DNA from: Myxococcota bacterium
GTDB lineage: Bacteria; Myxococcota_A; UBA796; GCA-2862545
Assembly: GCA_039208735.1 (NCBI GenBank)
Contig: JBCCQY010000014.1
Span: forward strand, 26,916-90,915
Length of the DNA stretch: 64,000 nt
Reading direction: 5' to 3'
Of this stretch, positions 29,258 through 39,561 are shown in pieces. Made by a program: the position numbers and the translations under genes. Position 1 is the first letter of the stretch. Every line of letters begins with the position of its first letter. Under the pieces are notes generated by a model, which had not been told where the DNA came from, did no database searches, and saw only the letters and a program-made list of their open reading frames with translations.

Positions 29258-30760
29258 ATGTCCTGGCTCCGCCGTACCCTGCACGACGCCTTTCACCGCC
29301 CAGATTCGACGGCTGGCCGTCGTGTCGACGCCATCGTTTGGTTGTTGATCATCGCGTCGACGATCCTATTAGCCATCGATCTGACGCTGCCGGCCTACCT
29401 CCTCAAACCGCTCGAGTTCCTGCAGCAAGCCGACAATGTGATCCTCGGACTGTTCGCGGTTGAACTGGCACTTCGAGTTCTGACCTACCGACCGGCCGCT
29501 CTCGATTTTTGGCGTATGCCTTGGTACCGCCGGCTTCAGGTTCACTTCTTCGAACGTGTGCGCTTCTGCCTGCGACCGATGATCCTCATCGACATTCTCA
29601 CCGTGTTGGGTGGGGTGCCGGAACTCCGAGGGCTGCGGGCGCTTCGCTTGCTTCGTTTGCTTCGCAGCCGCCGCATCTTCCGATACGCTAATCCCTTCGG
29701 AGGCATCGCCCGTGCGTTCGAAGAGAACCGACTGTTGTACCTGTTGGGACTCTCGATCTTCGGCATTGCCGTGTTGCTCGGCGGGGTGTCGTTTTACCTC
29801 ACCGAGCAGCCTCATAACGAGCGCATCACGGATCTTCCCGACGCATTGTGGTGGTCGATCGTCACGATCACCACGGTTGGCTACGGCGACCTCACCCCAG
29901 TGACCAACGTGGGCCGTGTGGTTGCGGGCAGCCTCATGATGGTCGGCATGATCACGTTGGCCCTGTTTGCCGGCATCGTCGGGTCTACGCTGATGAGCAG
30001 CGTGCTGTCGATGCGCGAGGAGTCCTTTCGCATGAGCAACTACCTCGATCACATCGTCGTGTGTGGCTACGACGCCGGCACGCGCATGCTCCTCGACACC
30101 ATGAGCGAGGAACTCGATCTCGACAAGCATCCGGTGGTGATCTTTGCGCCTTACCCGCGCCCCCCCGACATTCCATCCGAGTTCTTTTGGATGCAGGGGG
30201 ATCCCACAAAGGAAAGCGAACTCGAGAAGATTCGGCTCGCCTACGCCGATGCCGCCATCGTGGTGGGCACGCGGGACTCCATCCCCCAACAAGCCGATGC
30301 CCACACGATCCTCGTGACATTCACGATCCGCCGCTACCTCAAACGTCGCGAGCCCCTCACCGCCCAGCGCAAACGTCCGCTCTACCTGGTGGCCGAGATC
30401 CTCGACGCCGAGAATGTCGAGCACGCACGAACGGCAGGGGCGGACGAGGTGATTCAAACCACCCGAATGGGCTTTTCGCTCCTCGCCCACGCGGTTGAGG
30501 TCCACGGAACGGCCACTCTGGTCGGAGAGTTGGCCGATGTGTCAGGTAATTCCCTGTTTGTTGGCCAGTGGCCTGCCTCGGTGCCTGAGCCTTGGACGTT
30601 CGACACCGTGTCGCGCGCCCTCAAGGACCAGTTCGGCGTGTTGGCGGTCGGGGTTCGGTCGCCCGAAGACGGAGACATGCTCAATCCGCATCGAGACCTG
30701 CCCCTGACTCGACATCACCATGTCATCTACATGGCCACGAAGCCTGTATTGCCCGGGTAG
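29258..30760 (+). CDS. Voltage-gated potassium channel with a C-terminal RCK/TrkA-N domain
   Basis: S4-like RGLRALRLLRLLRSRR, filter TTVGYGD, HIVVCGY, GDPTKESELEK, AGADEVI. Confidence 0.92.
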   Translation: MSWLRRTLHDAFHRPDSTAGRRVDAIVWLLIIASTILLAIDLTLPAYLLKPLEFLQQADNVILGLFAVELALRVLTYRPAALDFWRMPWYRRLQVHFFERVRFCLRPMILIDILTVLGGVPELRGLRALRLLRLLRSRRIFRYANPFGGIARAFEENRLLYLLGLSIFGIAVLLGGVSFYLTEQPHNERITDLPDALWWSIVTITTVGYGDLTPVTNVGRVVAGSLMMVGMITLALFAGIVGSTLMSSVLSMREESFRMSNYLDHIVVCGYDAGTRMLLDTMSEELDLDKHPVVIFAPYPRPPDIPSEFFWMQGDPTKESELEKIRLAYADAAIVVGTRDSIPQQADAHTILVTFTIRRYLKRREPLTAQRKRPLYLVAEILDAENVEHARTAGADEVIQTTRMGFSLLAHAVEVHGTATLVGELADVSGNSLFVGQWPASVPEPWTFDTVSRALKDQFGVLAVGVRSPEDGDMLNPHRDLPLTRHHHVIYMATKPVLPG

Positions 30761-30797
30761 GTTCGCGAAACGAGGGCCCACGGACTACGATTGCTGC

Positions 30798-33197
30798 ATG
30801 TCTGCGAGGCGGACCGACCCCCGGCCCGCGAGCGTGGTTGCCCTGCTCGGCCCCACCAACACGGGAAAAACGCACCGAGCGATCGACCGCATGCTCTCGT
30901 GGCCGTCCGGCATCATGGGGCTGCCCCTGCGGCTGCTTGCCCGAGAGGTCTACGACCGGGTGAGAGAGCGGATTGGCGAGCGCCGAGTGGCGCTCATTAC
31001 CGGGGAAGAAAAGCGGGTTCCTCGCGAGGCGGTCTACTTCATCTGCACCGTCGAAGCGATGCCCACCGACCGCCGGGTGGCGTTTGTCGCCGTCGACGAG
31101 ATCCAACTCGCCGGCGACCGCAATCGCGGCCACACCTTTACCGATCGGCTCCTCAACGTTCGCGGCACCGAGCAGACCATGTTCCTCGGCGCGGACACCA
31201 TCGCGCCGCTCATGAAGAAGCTGGTTCCCAAGGTCGAGATCGAGTCGGCCCATCGGTTGTCGCGGCTCAGTTGGGCCGGCACGAAGAAGATCGCGTCCAT
31301 TCCTCCGCGATCGGCCATCGTCGCCTTTTCCGCCGAGAAGGTCTACGAGGTCGCTGAACGACTGAAGGCCCTGCATGGGGGAGCCGCCGTCGTACTGGGG
31401 GCGCTGTCCCCACGGACCCGAAATGCCCAGGTCGAGATGTTTCAGGCGGGCGAGGTCCAACACATGGTCGCGACCGACGCCATCGGCATGGGCTTGAACA
31501 TGGACCTGCAGCACGTCTGGTTCACCGATGTGCGCAAGTACGACGGACGCGGGTTTCGTGCCCTGTCAGCCTCAGAGGTGGCCCAGATCGCGGGGCGCGC
31601 CGGGCGCTACAAGACCGACGGGACGTTTGGCGCCACTCGTGCGTTGGGGCCTCTCGACCCGGACCTCATCGAAGCGGTGGAAGCCCATCGCTTTCCTGCG
31701 CTCACCCGGCTGTTCTGGCGCAACAGCAAGCTCGACTTTCGAACCCCCGAGGCCCTGCTGCGAAGCTTGTCTCGGCCCCCTCCCGCGTCCGGACTGCTCT
31801 CGGCATTTGGCGAAGACGATCAACGCACGCTCGAAGCCCTCGTTCATCGGGACGACGTCCGCGATTGCATCACCGAGGAAGCCGCGGTCCGCACGCTGTG
31901 GGAAGTGTGCCGCATTCCAGACTATCGGAAGACCCACACCGGATCGCACGCAGAACTGCTCGAACGCATCGTGATCCAGCTCGTTGAGCGCGGCGAAATC
32001 GACGAGGAGTTCGTGGGGAGTCGCCTGCGTCGGCTCGACCGGACCGATGGTGACATCGAGACGTTGATGGCGCGTATCGCGTGGGTAAGGACGTGGACCT
32101 ACGTGGCTTGGCAGTCCCGCTGGACCGCCGATCCGCAACGTTGGCAGGCTGAGACGCGTCGTCTCGAAGACAGCCTGTCCGACGCCCTTCACGAGCGGCT
32201 CACGGCCCGGTTCGTCGACCGTCGGGTCTCGTTTGTGATGGCCGGGGGGGCTGAACTCCACGCCGATGTGCGGGTCGATGAAGGGACCGTGCGAATCGGA
32301 GCCATCGAGCTGGGCCGGCTGGTCGGATGGACCTTCGTGCCGACGTCCGAGCTGCCAAAGGTGGTGGCGCGGGCGGTTCGTGGACGGCTTCGCGTACTGG
32401 CTTTGGCTCGGCACCGGGCGATTCTCGAAGCGGACGACGCCTCCATCACGGTCGATGACGAAGGGGCCATCTTGCACGAGGGGGTCGCGATGGCCGACCT
32501 GCGACCCGGCCCCTCAGTGCTCGAGCCCAAGGTGGTCGTTCGCCGAATCGAGGTGTTGGATCCCCAAGAGCGTCAGCGTCTGGGCACCCGACTCGATCGT
32601 TGGCTGAAGGCCTGGCTTTCGGACCTCTTTGGCACCCTCGATGAGGTGCAGGACTTGTCCCCGGCCGCGCGGGGGCTCGTGCACATGGTGCGGACAGGCC
32701 TGGGAGTGGTGCCGGTGGCCGACGTTGGGGCCAATCTCGACCAACTCACGCCGGCGGATCGAAAGGGCCTGGCGAGATTGGACGTGCGCATCGGGCGGCT
32801 TCATGTGTTCGTGAAACGCCTACTGTTTGGCGGTGAACTGGAGGCGCGAGGTCGGTTGCTGTCGCTCGCCGAGGGCCGCAAGCCGTTCCCTTCCCCCCCT
32901 GCCGATGGGCGCGCCACAGTTCCCCTTGACGGAACATTCAATGCCTGGCTCGAAGGACTGGGTTTCGTGGGGGTCGGTCCGCTCGCGGTGCGTGTCGACC
33001 TGCTGGAGAAGGTTTCGGCCGAGGCCCGTCGCCGCACCCGTCATCGACGGTCGTCAGCGCTCGATCCGCTGCCGTCCTGGTTGGGCACCTCGATCGACGA
33101 GACCTTGGCCGTTCTGCGCGCCCTTGGATTTGGCGTTCAGCTCTTCAAGGACGGCACGATTTCCGTACGGGGCAAGAAGCGGAGGCGTGGCGCGTGA
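30798..33197 (+). CDS. SF2 helicase, SUV3/MgpS-like
   Basis: GPTNTGKT, PLRLLAREVY, LITGEEK, DEIQ, ATDAIGMGLN, QIAGRAGR. Confidence 0.9.
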   Translation: MSARRTDPRPASVVALLGPTNTGKTHRAIDRMLSWPSGIMGLPLRLLAREVYDRVRERIGERRVALITGEEKRVPREAVYFICTVEAMPTDRRVAFVAVDEIQLAGDRNRGHTFTDRLLNVRGTEQTMFLGADTIAPLMKKLVPKVEIESAHRLSRLSWAGTKKIASIPPRSAIVAFSAEKVYEVAERLKALHGGAAVVLGALSPRTRNAQVEMFQAGEVQHMVATDAIGMGLNMDLQHVWFTDVRKYDGRGFRALSASEVAQIAGRAGRYKTDGTFGATRALGPLDPDLIEAVEAHRFPALTRLFWRNSKLDFRTPEALLRSLSRPPPASGLLSAFGEDDQRTLEALVHRDDVRDCITEEAAVRTLWEVCRIPDYRKTHTGSHAELLERIVIQLVERGEIDEEFVGSRLRRLDRTDGDIETLMARIAWVRTWTYVAWQSRWTADPQRWQAETRRLEDSLSDALHERLTARFVDRRVSFVMAGGAELHADVRVDEGTVRIGAIELGRLVGWTFVPTSELPKVVARAVRGRLRVLALARHRAILEADDASITVDDEGAILHEGVAMADLRPGPSVLEPKVVVRRIEVLDPQERQRLGTRLDRWLKAWLSDLFGTLDEVQDLSPAARGLVHMVRTGLGVVPVADVGANLDQLTPADRKGLARLDVRIGRLHVFVKRLLFGGELEARGRLLSLAEGRKPFPSPPADGRATVPLDGTFNAWLEGLGFVGVGPLAVRVDLLEKVSAEARRRTRHRRSSALDPLPSWLGTSIDETLAVLRALGFGVQLFKDGTISVRGKKRRRGA

Positions 33198-34366
33198 ACG
33201 AGTTGACCTCCCCATGGCTCGCCCTCGAGAGCCTTCTGTTTGTCGGTGGGGGCCTCACGGTGCTTGCCGCAACGTGGAAGCAGGAGGCGGATCGCCCCTT
33301 CCTTTGGTGGCCGGTGCCCGTGGCCATGGGCCTCCTTGGCTGGGTGGTGCTGGTGGTTCGTTCTCAGCTGCTGCCGGCAGTTGTGCAGGGCGTGCCACAC
33401 GCCGAATTGGCCCATGCGGCGTTGCGAGTTCACATCGCCAATGCGGAGGCGGGTTGGCTGGTGCTCATCCTCATGATGGCATGGTGTCTAGCCGCGGCTT
33501 GGAGCCACGGCCTTCACCCCGCCGACCGGACCCGGCTCTGGATCGCCGCTGCACTGTTGGGCCTCGCGGGGGTGGCCGGAAATGGACGAATGGGCATCGC
33601 GGCGGTGGCGGTGGCGGCAGTGGCAACCGCGCCCGGTCGCTTGGGCACCGCCAGTGGGCTTCTCGCCGTTGCCGCTGGGTTCCTGGCCCATCTTGGGTGG
33701 CTCTCTGACGTCGTGATTAACGGGAACCTTGGCGGCGTCTGGCTCGCGTGGGTCACGGCTCCGGTTTGGGGAGGGATGGCCGTGCTCTTGGGATGGCGGA
33801 GCCCTCACTTTTCGTCGTTTGTCGGGGGTCTTCTGGGCGTGGGGATTGGCGGTTGGTTGGCCATCGCCCATTTCGCGCGTGCCCCGTACCGTCCCCTTGC
33901 ATTCTCGGGCGATGCTCCTGTGCACCGGCCCGCCCGCCTGGCGCGGAGCGTGCCCCAGGCTCCGGCGCAAGTACGGGCCATGGGTGCCGAGGCGTCCCTG
34001 CGGGACGTGGGGCAGGAAGGACCCGGCAACCACAAGGTGCTCGTCGCGATCGACGAAGGACCCTGGCCACCCGGACTTGGGCGTTGGCGGTGGTCCTGGG
34101 AGCCTCTGCGCATCGTTCAACCGGGCTCTCGTTTCGTGGCTCCGGCATCGGCGGTGAAGGTCGACAACCGTCATGGTGTCCTCACCCTCCACAATCATGA
34201 TCCGCTGACGGAGCCCACTCTTGTCTCCGCCTTGGCGGGGGCCCCGCTGCGGGTCGATCTGGTCGCCAAGGCCAATGCCGAGTTGACCCTCGATGCGTGG
34301 CTGGCCTGGTGCAGAACGGCCAGGAAGTCTCATGAATTCGTGCGATGCTCGGTTGAGATCGACTGA
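33194..34366 (+). CDS. Hypothetical multi-pass membrane protein with a soluble C-terminal domain
   Basis: About 7 hydrophobic segments in the N-terminal 230 aa; GTGA overlap with the helicase. Confidence 0.65.
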   Translation: MNELTSPWLALESLLFVGGGLTVLAATWKQEADRPFLWWPVPVAMGLLGWVVLVVRSQLLPAVVQGVPHAELAHAALRVHIANAEAGWLVLILMMAWCLAAAWSHGLHPADRTRLWIAAALLGLAGVAGNGRMGIAAVAVAAVATAPGRLGTASGLLAVAAGFLAHLGWLSDVVINGNLGGVWLAWVTAPVWGGMAVLLGWRSPHFSSFVGGLLGVGIGGWLAIAHFARAPYRPLAFSGDAPVHRPARLARSVPQAPAQVRAMGAEASLRDVGQEGPGNHKVLVAIDEGPWPPGLGRWRWSWEPLRIVQPGSRFVAPASAVKVDNRHGVLTLHNHDPLTEPTLVSALAGAPLRVDLVAKANAELTLDAWLAWCRTARKSHEFVRCSVEID

Positions 34367-34398
34367 TCCTGCACGCGTCCGACCCCAAGGAGTCGCCC

Positions 34399-35820
34399 AT
34401 GTCCAACGCCGCCGTTGCGCCGGAATCCACCGTTCTCGACACGACCTTTGCAAGGTTGCGGGAGGCTTTTCAGGCCGAACCTTACCCGGAGGTGGCGACG
34501 CGCAAGGCCAAGCTCGATGCGCTCCTGGCGAACGTGCGAGAGCAGCGTGAGGCCCTCGTCAAGGCCATGTCCGAGGACTTTGGTCACCGCAGCTGGCACG
34601 AGTCGATGACCTACGACGTACTGCAGGTGGTGAACCACATCCGCTACGCCAAGCGAAACCTTCGGGGTTGGATGGCGCCGGAGCCGGTTCCGCTTGCCTG
34701 GACCTACCAACCGGCTCGGGCCGAGGTGTTGAGCCAGCCATTGGGCGTCGTTGGGGTGATTGCCCCCTGGAATTTCCCGGTCCAGCTGGCTCTCGTGCCT
34801 ATCGTGTACGCGATCGCGGCGGGCAACCGTGTGCTTCTCAAGCCAAGCGAACTCACGCCGGCCACTGCCGACGTGCTGGCGAGCTTGCTCGAGCAAAGCC
34901 TGGGGTCGGACTGGGTGGGCGTCGTGACCGGAGACGCCGAAGTGGGAGCCCAGTTTGCTTCGTTGCCGTTCGATCACTTGTTGTTCACTGGGTCCACGCG
35001 AGTAGGACGGCTGGTGGCCAAGGCGGCGGCGGAAAACCTCACGCCCGTGACGCTCGAGCTTGGAGGCAAGTCTCCGGCCTTGGTGCATCCGGACTTTCCA
35101 ACCGAGCGGGCCGCCGAACTCGTGGCGTTCGGGAAGCTTGCCAACAGCGGCCAGATCTGCGTGGCACCGGACTATGTGCTGGTGCGCAAGGATCAAGCCT
35201 CAGCGCTCGTGACGGCCTTGCAGACGGCCATGTCCGACATGTATCCAAAGTTTCTCGAGAATCGAGATTACACTGCGATCATCACCGATCGTCATCGGGC
35301 TCGACTGCAAGAGCTGCTCGACGATGCGGAGCAGAAGGGTGCGCAGGTCCTTCGGGTCAACCCAGGCAACGAGGAACTCGAAGGCAACGGCAAGTTCGTG
35401 CCGGCCATCGTGCGCGGGGTGACCAACGAGATGCGCGTCATGCAGGAGGAGATCTTCGGGCCCGTTCTCCCCATCGTCGAAACCGAGTCTTACGAAGCGA
35501 TGGCCGAGGTGGTGAACCAAGGCGAACGACCGCTTGCGATGTACATTCTCGACAAGAACGAAGCGCGCATTTCTGAACTGATGAAGCAAACCCACGCCGG
35601 GGGCATTGCGGTCAACGAGACGCTGATCACAGCTGGCATCGAAAGCCTGCCGTTTGGAGGAGTCGGCAAATCGGGAATGGGCAGCTACCATGGTCGCGAG
35701 GGTTTCGACACGTTCAGTCATCGAAAGAGCATCTTTCGACAGTCAAGGTTCAATCTTCGCAACCTTGTTTCGCCGCCCTTTGGCAGGACGTTGGAACGGC
35801 TGCTCGACTGGCTCATCTGA
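34399..35820 (+). CDS. calB: Coniferyl/fatty aldehyde dehydrogenase, ALDH3-like
   Basis: PLGVVGVIAPWNFP, KPSELTP, FTGS, LELGGKSP, GQICVAPDY, EEIFGP, PFGGVGKSGMGSYHG. Confidence 0.85.
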   Translation: MSNAAVAPESTVLDTTFARLREAFQAEPYPEVATRKAKLDALLANVREQREALVKAMSEDFGHRSWHESMTYDVLQVVNHIRYAKRNLRGWMAPEPVPLAWTYQPARAEVLSQPLGVVGVIAPWNFPVQLALVPIVYAIAAGNRVLLKPSELTPATADVLASLLEQSLGSDWVGVVTGDAEVGAQFASLPFDHLLFTGSTRVGRLVAKAAAENLTPVTLELGGKSPALVHPDFPTERAAELVAFGKLANSGQICVAPDYVLVRKDQASALVTALQTAMSDMYPKFLENRDYTAIITDRHRARLQELLDDAEQKGAQVLRVNPGNEELEGNGKFVPAIVRGVTNEMRVMQEEIFGPVLPIVETESYEAMAEVVNQGERPLAMYILDKNEARISELMKQTHAGGIAVNETLITAGIESLPFGGVGKSGMGSYHGREGFDTFSHRKSIFRQSRFNLRNLVSPPFGRTLERLLDWLI

Positions 35821-35838
35821 GGCCCTCCGGAGCCTGCC

Positions 35839-36567
35839 ATGCTGTGCCTTGCCTTCCTCTTCGTGAGCTTTCTGCTGATCGCCTGGGGAATGCACGAGCT
35901 TTCGCTCCGCAGCGAGCAGGTATACCGGCATTTGTCTCGAGCGGTGCAATCTGCGCACGCGTTTGACGAGTGGATGGTGGCTATTCCGGCCCACGATCGA
36001 GCGTTGGACATGAGCCAGGTTGCTCGTTGGGCGCTCGTCATTGTCGGATTGTGGCCGTTCTGGTGCATCGTCGGCGGCTTCTTCCTTTTCGTGCCTCTCG
36101 TCGTGATGTTTTCGGGCGCACAAGGCGCGTATTTTGCACCCGCAGGACTGGGCTTCATTGGACTGTGGCCCATCTTGGCGACAACCTGGCTGCTCAACCA
36201 TTCCCACGCCCGGCGGCTCGTCTGGCGCCGGCTCGTGGTGAATCACCAGGGCATTCGCATCGAACGGATCAAGGCGAACGTTCGCACCGTGAAACCGTCC
36301 GACATCCGGGCAGCCCCCCCTGTGGAAGTGGAACTCCACGCGCAGTGGCACGAACTCTCACGCATCGTGGTCGAGAACGGTGCTTACCTCTGTCTCACCG
36401 TTTTCGAGGGTACGAGGCAGTTTGGTCCGCTTCCCCACGCCGTGCTGAAACAGCTGGTGGACGAGGCGGTGATCCGGCGCAGAGCCGAAGATGAGGGCAA
36501 GAAGGCAGAGCTTGGACCTTTGCACGACCTCATGAAGCGGAGCCAGGCCTCTCAGGAGACAGCATGA
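35839..36567 (+). CDS. Hypothetical membrane protein; tandem paralogue of 36564-37274
   Basis: Three hydrophobic segments; shared motifs VGxWPxW, WRRLVxxHQG, AxWH, FGPLP. Confidence 0.7.
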   Translation: MLCLAFLFVSFLLIAWGMHELSLRSEQVYRHLSRAVQSAHAFDEWMVAIPAHDRALDMSQVARWALVIVGLWPFWCIVGGFFLFVPLVVMFSGAQGAYFAPAGLGFIGLWPILATTWLLNHSHARRLVWRRLVVNHQGIRIERIKANVRTVKPSDIRAAPPVEVELHAQWHELSRIVVENGAYLCLTVFEGTRQFGPLPHAVLKQLVDEAVIRRRAEDEGKKAELGPLHDLMKRSQASQETA

Positions 36568-37274
36568 TCTGGGTGGCCCTCATCGTCACGATGCCCACCG
36601 TCCTGTTCGGTGCGGTCATCGTGGCCCTATGGCGACGGCGGAGCCGGGAGATCGAGCGTCATCTTCGCGAGGCGCCACGCCTTAGTTATGCATTTGGCGA
36701 GCTGGTGCTCGCGGTTCCTGAGCACTTTCAACGCGGATTGGACCTGGGACAAGCCGTGACCTGGCTTCTTCTGGTCGTGGGCGCATGGCCCACCTGGGCA
36801 TTGATCCTCGCGTCTGCCACCAACATTTTGGGCATTGTCTACCACGGGGAATGGTGGTTTTGGTGGAGGGCCAGCCTCGCCCTTCCCGCGGTTGGCTACC
36901 TCGGCGTCATCGCGAGCCAACGTTTTCGACCCTTGGGTTGGCGACGGTTGGTCTTGAAGCACCAGGGCCTGTGCATCGACCGAGTGCGGGCGTCTCCCGA
37001 GGCACCGCGCCGCACCGTCGGGGTCCTCGAGGCAGAGTGGCATCGTGTGGAGCGCTTCGAACGCTGCGGTGAGGTTTACCTCCACGTCCGCACCGGGGGC
37101 CAAGAAGAGATGTTTGGACCGCTGCCCAAGGCCCAGGCCCAGGCGGTTGCGGAACAGTGTGCGTTTTACCTCACCAAGGACGTACAACGACCGGGCCGAG
37201 CGTTGACGCCCCTTGTGACGCTGATCGCTCGGGCGAAGAAATCCGAGGGTCCGTCGATCAGAACGCGCCGGTGA
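36564..37274 (+). CDS. Hypothetical membrane protein; tandem paralogue of 35839-36567
   Basis: Same motifs; ATGA overlap and AGGAG RBS. Confidence 0.7.
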   Translation: MIWVALIVTMPTVLFGAVIVALWRRRSREIERHLREAPRLSYAFGELVLAVPEHFQRGLDLGQAVTWLLLVVGAWPTWALILASATNILGIVYHGEWWFWWRASLALPAVGYLGVIASQRFRPLGWRRLVLKHQGLCIDRVRASPEAPRRTVGVLEAEWHRVERFERCGEVYLHVRTGGQEEMFGPLPKAQAQAVAEQCAFYLTKDVQRPGRALTPLVTLIARAKKSEGPSIRTRR

Positions 37275-37641
37275 GGTGGAACCAGCCGCAATCGGGCCCG
37301 GTGAATACGGTCGCGCAGTCGTCGATCGGGTAACCCACGTCGTCGCAGGTCTGGCTCGCTTGCCCGTCGATGCAGTCGGGCGTCATCGTCGCATCGAACG
37401 AGCAGTTGGCGATATTTTCGAGGTAGATCGGAAATAAGACCTCGACACAGTCCTCGGTGGAGTCGAACATCACCGGCTCCTGGTAGGCCGGAATCGTCGC
37501 TTGGCACTCGACCCAGAGGGGACAGAACTCATCGAGTAGCCCTTCGAGGAAGAGTCCAGGGTCTTCGATGGGTTCAGGGTCTTCCTCGAACGGTGCGAAG
37601 AAGAACCCATCGGCGCAAGCCAAGAGCCAAAGGGTGATCAT
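37258..37641 (-). CDS. Small acidic lipoprotein with 8 Cys in the mature part
   Basis: MITLWLLAC after GGAGG; four potential disulfides. Confidence 0.7.
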   Translation of the reverse strand: MITLWLLACADGFFFAPFEEDPEPIEDPGLFLEGLLDEFCPLWVECQATIPAYQEPVMFDSTEDCVEVLFPIYLENIANCSFDATMTPDCIDGQASQTCDDVGYPIDDCATVFTGPDCGWFHLTGAF

Positions 37642-37694
37642 GGAGCCTCCCGGCGAAATTGCCCGCCAGGCGAGGCGATCGTCACCTGCGTTGG

Positions 37695-38729
37695 CTACTC
37701 CATCTGGTCGGCAAGTCGGGCCTGATCGGCCTTGCGAATCGACAGGGTCGAGACGTACCGTCGAGTCGAGCCCTTATCTAGGATCTGATTGGCCTTTTGC
37801 GCTTGCTCGATCGCGCGATCCAGATCGCCCACCACCTCGCTGTAGAGCGCAAGGTTGAAGAACGCCCGGCCTTTGGTTTTGGGATCACTCGACTGCGTCA
37901 ATTCGCTCCAAATGGTGGCCGCACCATCCCAATCGAGCCCGCGAACCCGCGTCTTGGCTGCCTTGAAGCGGTCGTCGCCCTTGCTGAAGTAGGTTCTCGA
38001 CACCGTGATGTACGAGGGGGCAATGCGACGCCCGTAGGCTTCCCCTGCCACGTACGCGACATCACGGACCATGGCCGTTTGAGGTGGCAAATCACGCCGC
38101 GCCTGCTTTTCGCTATCGCCTGTGGCCGTCCAGGTACGCGCAAAGCTGGTTTCCCGCATGTTGTCGAGGACCTGGCGGTTCTTGACGTCATACAACTGCC
38201 AGGAGGTCAGCACGCTCATCCGACGTTCGACGTCATAGACCGTCCGAACGCGTTCCTTGCCATCGACCTCTTCTTCGACACGGCGCGTATCGACGTCGGT
38301 GAAGGAGTCCGAGTCGAAGGCTTCGAGCGTGACAATGCCGTCGCAGTTCTCCTGGGCGCAGATCCGTTCGGCGAGTTCCCAAGAGATGCCGGCTGCATCG
38401 AACAACGAACTGGCGACAACCTTGGATTTCAGGTCTGGCGTGACCACATCGAACCGTGGGGATGCCCCGAGCGCATTGGCCAGACCCTGGCGGGCGGACA
38501 CTCGGCCTTCGGTATCGGCGCCAATCGCCTCACCGGTGAGGGCTCCTTCGAGGACCCCGAGAACGCCCTGCCCCACGTTCTTGGCGCGGCTGCGGTCGAC
38601 CACCGCCAACGTCTGTACGTTCTGGGGCACCGCGAGGGCGGCGGGCTGCAGTACTTCAAGATTGATGGTTGAAGCGCACCCGGTCAGCATGCTCATGCCA
38701 AGTGCAACGATCGCGGTCCAAAGTCTCAT
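37695..38729 (-). CDS. Lipoprotein with a C-terminal TPR, DUF6340-like
   Basis: Lipobox LTGC, LEVLQPA, AVVDRS, C-terminal AFFNLALYSEVVGDLDRAIEQAQKA. Confidence 0.75.
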   Translation of the reverse strand: MRLWTAIVALGMSMLTGCASTINLEVLQPAALAVPQNVQTLAVVDRSRAKNVGQGVLGVLEGALTGEAIGADTEGRVSARQGLANALGASPRFDVVTPDLKSKVVASSLFDAAGISWELAERICAQENCDGIVTLEAFDSDSFTDVDTRRVEEEVDGKERVRTVYDVERRMSVLTSWQLYDVKNRQVLDNMRETSFARTWTATGDSEKQARRDLPPQTAMVRDVAYVAGEAYGRRIAPSYITVSRTYFSKGDDRFKAAKTRVRGLDWDGAATIWSELTQSSDPKTKGRAFFNLALYSEVVGDLDRAIEQAQKANQILDKGSTRRYVSTLSIRKADQARLADQME

Positions 38730-38779
38730 CGTCCCCTCCAGGTTCGGGCTCTTCTACGACGACCCACGGGCCACGGCCT

Positions 38780-39505
38780 TCAAATTGCGGATCGTTGGAC
38801 GAATCGGTAGAGTTCAGCTGGACGATGGCCAACCTCCTGTTCCCGTTCTCCCGTCGCCTCAAGCTGGCCCGACTGGATCATGCGGCGACGAAAGCTGTCT
38901 TTGTTGACGGTGGTGCCGAGAACTGCCTCATGAACGCGTTGCAATTGGCGCAGCGTGAAGGTCTCGGGCAGCAGCTGAAAACCAATGGGCGTGTAATCCA
39001 GCTTTCCCCGGATCCGCTTCACCGCCATGCCGAGGATGTCCTCGTGGTCGAACGCGAGCGGAAGGCGTTGGTTCGAGACGTCCCGAGGGTGAATGGGGCC
39101 TCCCGTTTGACCGCTCCAGGGCACATCTAGGGGAAAGAAGCGTCCGCGATCCGCCACTTCAAAGCCGTCGGCCGCAAGGAGCGCCACGTATGCCACCGAA
39201 ACCACGCGGGTCCGAGGGTCTCGTTTCGGATCGCCAAAGGTGAAGAGCTGTTCGAGAAAGACGCCGGTTAATCCGCCCTTGTCGCGCAGCACCCGGGTGG
39301 CCGCGCCGCGCAACGACTCGTTGATGCCAACAAAGCCACCGGGACACGCCCACATCCCTTGATGAGGCGGGTTCTCCCGGCGAACGAGCAAGGCGTGGAG
39401 CCGATCGCCCAGTACGGTGAGCACCGCCAAGTCCACGGCCAACGAAGGCCGGTCGAAGGCGGTGGGGTCGTAGCTGGCAAGCCAGGCATCGTCATCCTTG
39501 GACAT
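38780..39505 (-). CDS. nrtR: NrtR family Nudix-related transcriptional regulator
   Basis: PGGFV, LEQLFTFGDPKRDPRTRVVSVAY, LAFDH, wHTH FTLRQLQRVHEAVLG...SFRR, RPAELY. Confidence 0.9.
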   Translation of the reverse strand: MSKDDDAWLASYDPTAFDRPSLAVDLAVLTVLGDRLHALLVRRENPPHQGMWACPGGFVGINESLRGAATRVLRDKGGLTGVFLEQLFTFGDPKRDPRTRVVSVAYVALLAADGFEVADRGRFFPLDVPWSGQTGGPIHPRDVSNQRLPLAFDHEDILGMAVKRIRGKLDYTPIGFQLLPETFTLRQLQRVHEAVLGTTVNKDSFRRRMIQSGQLEATGEREQEVGHRPAELYRFVQRSAI

Positions 39506-39561
39506 GGCCGCAGTCTATGCGCTGGTCGGGGCTTGCGTTAGCAGGATCGCCTAGGCGGGTC

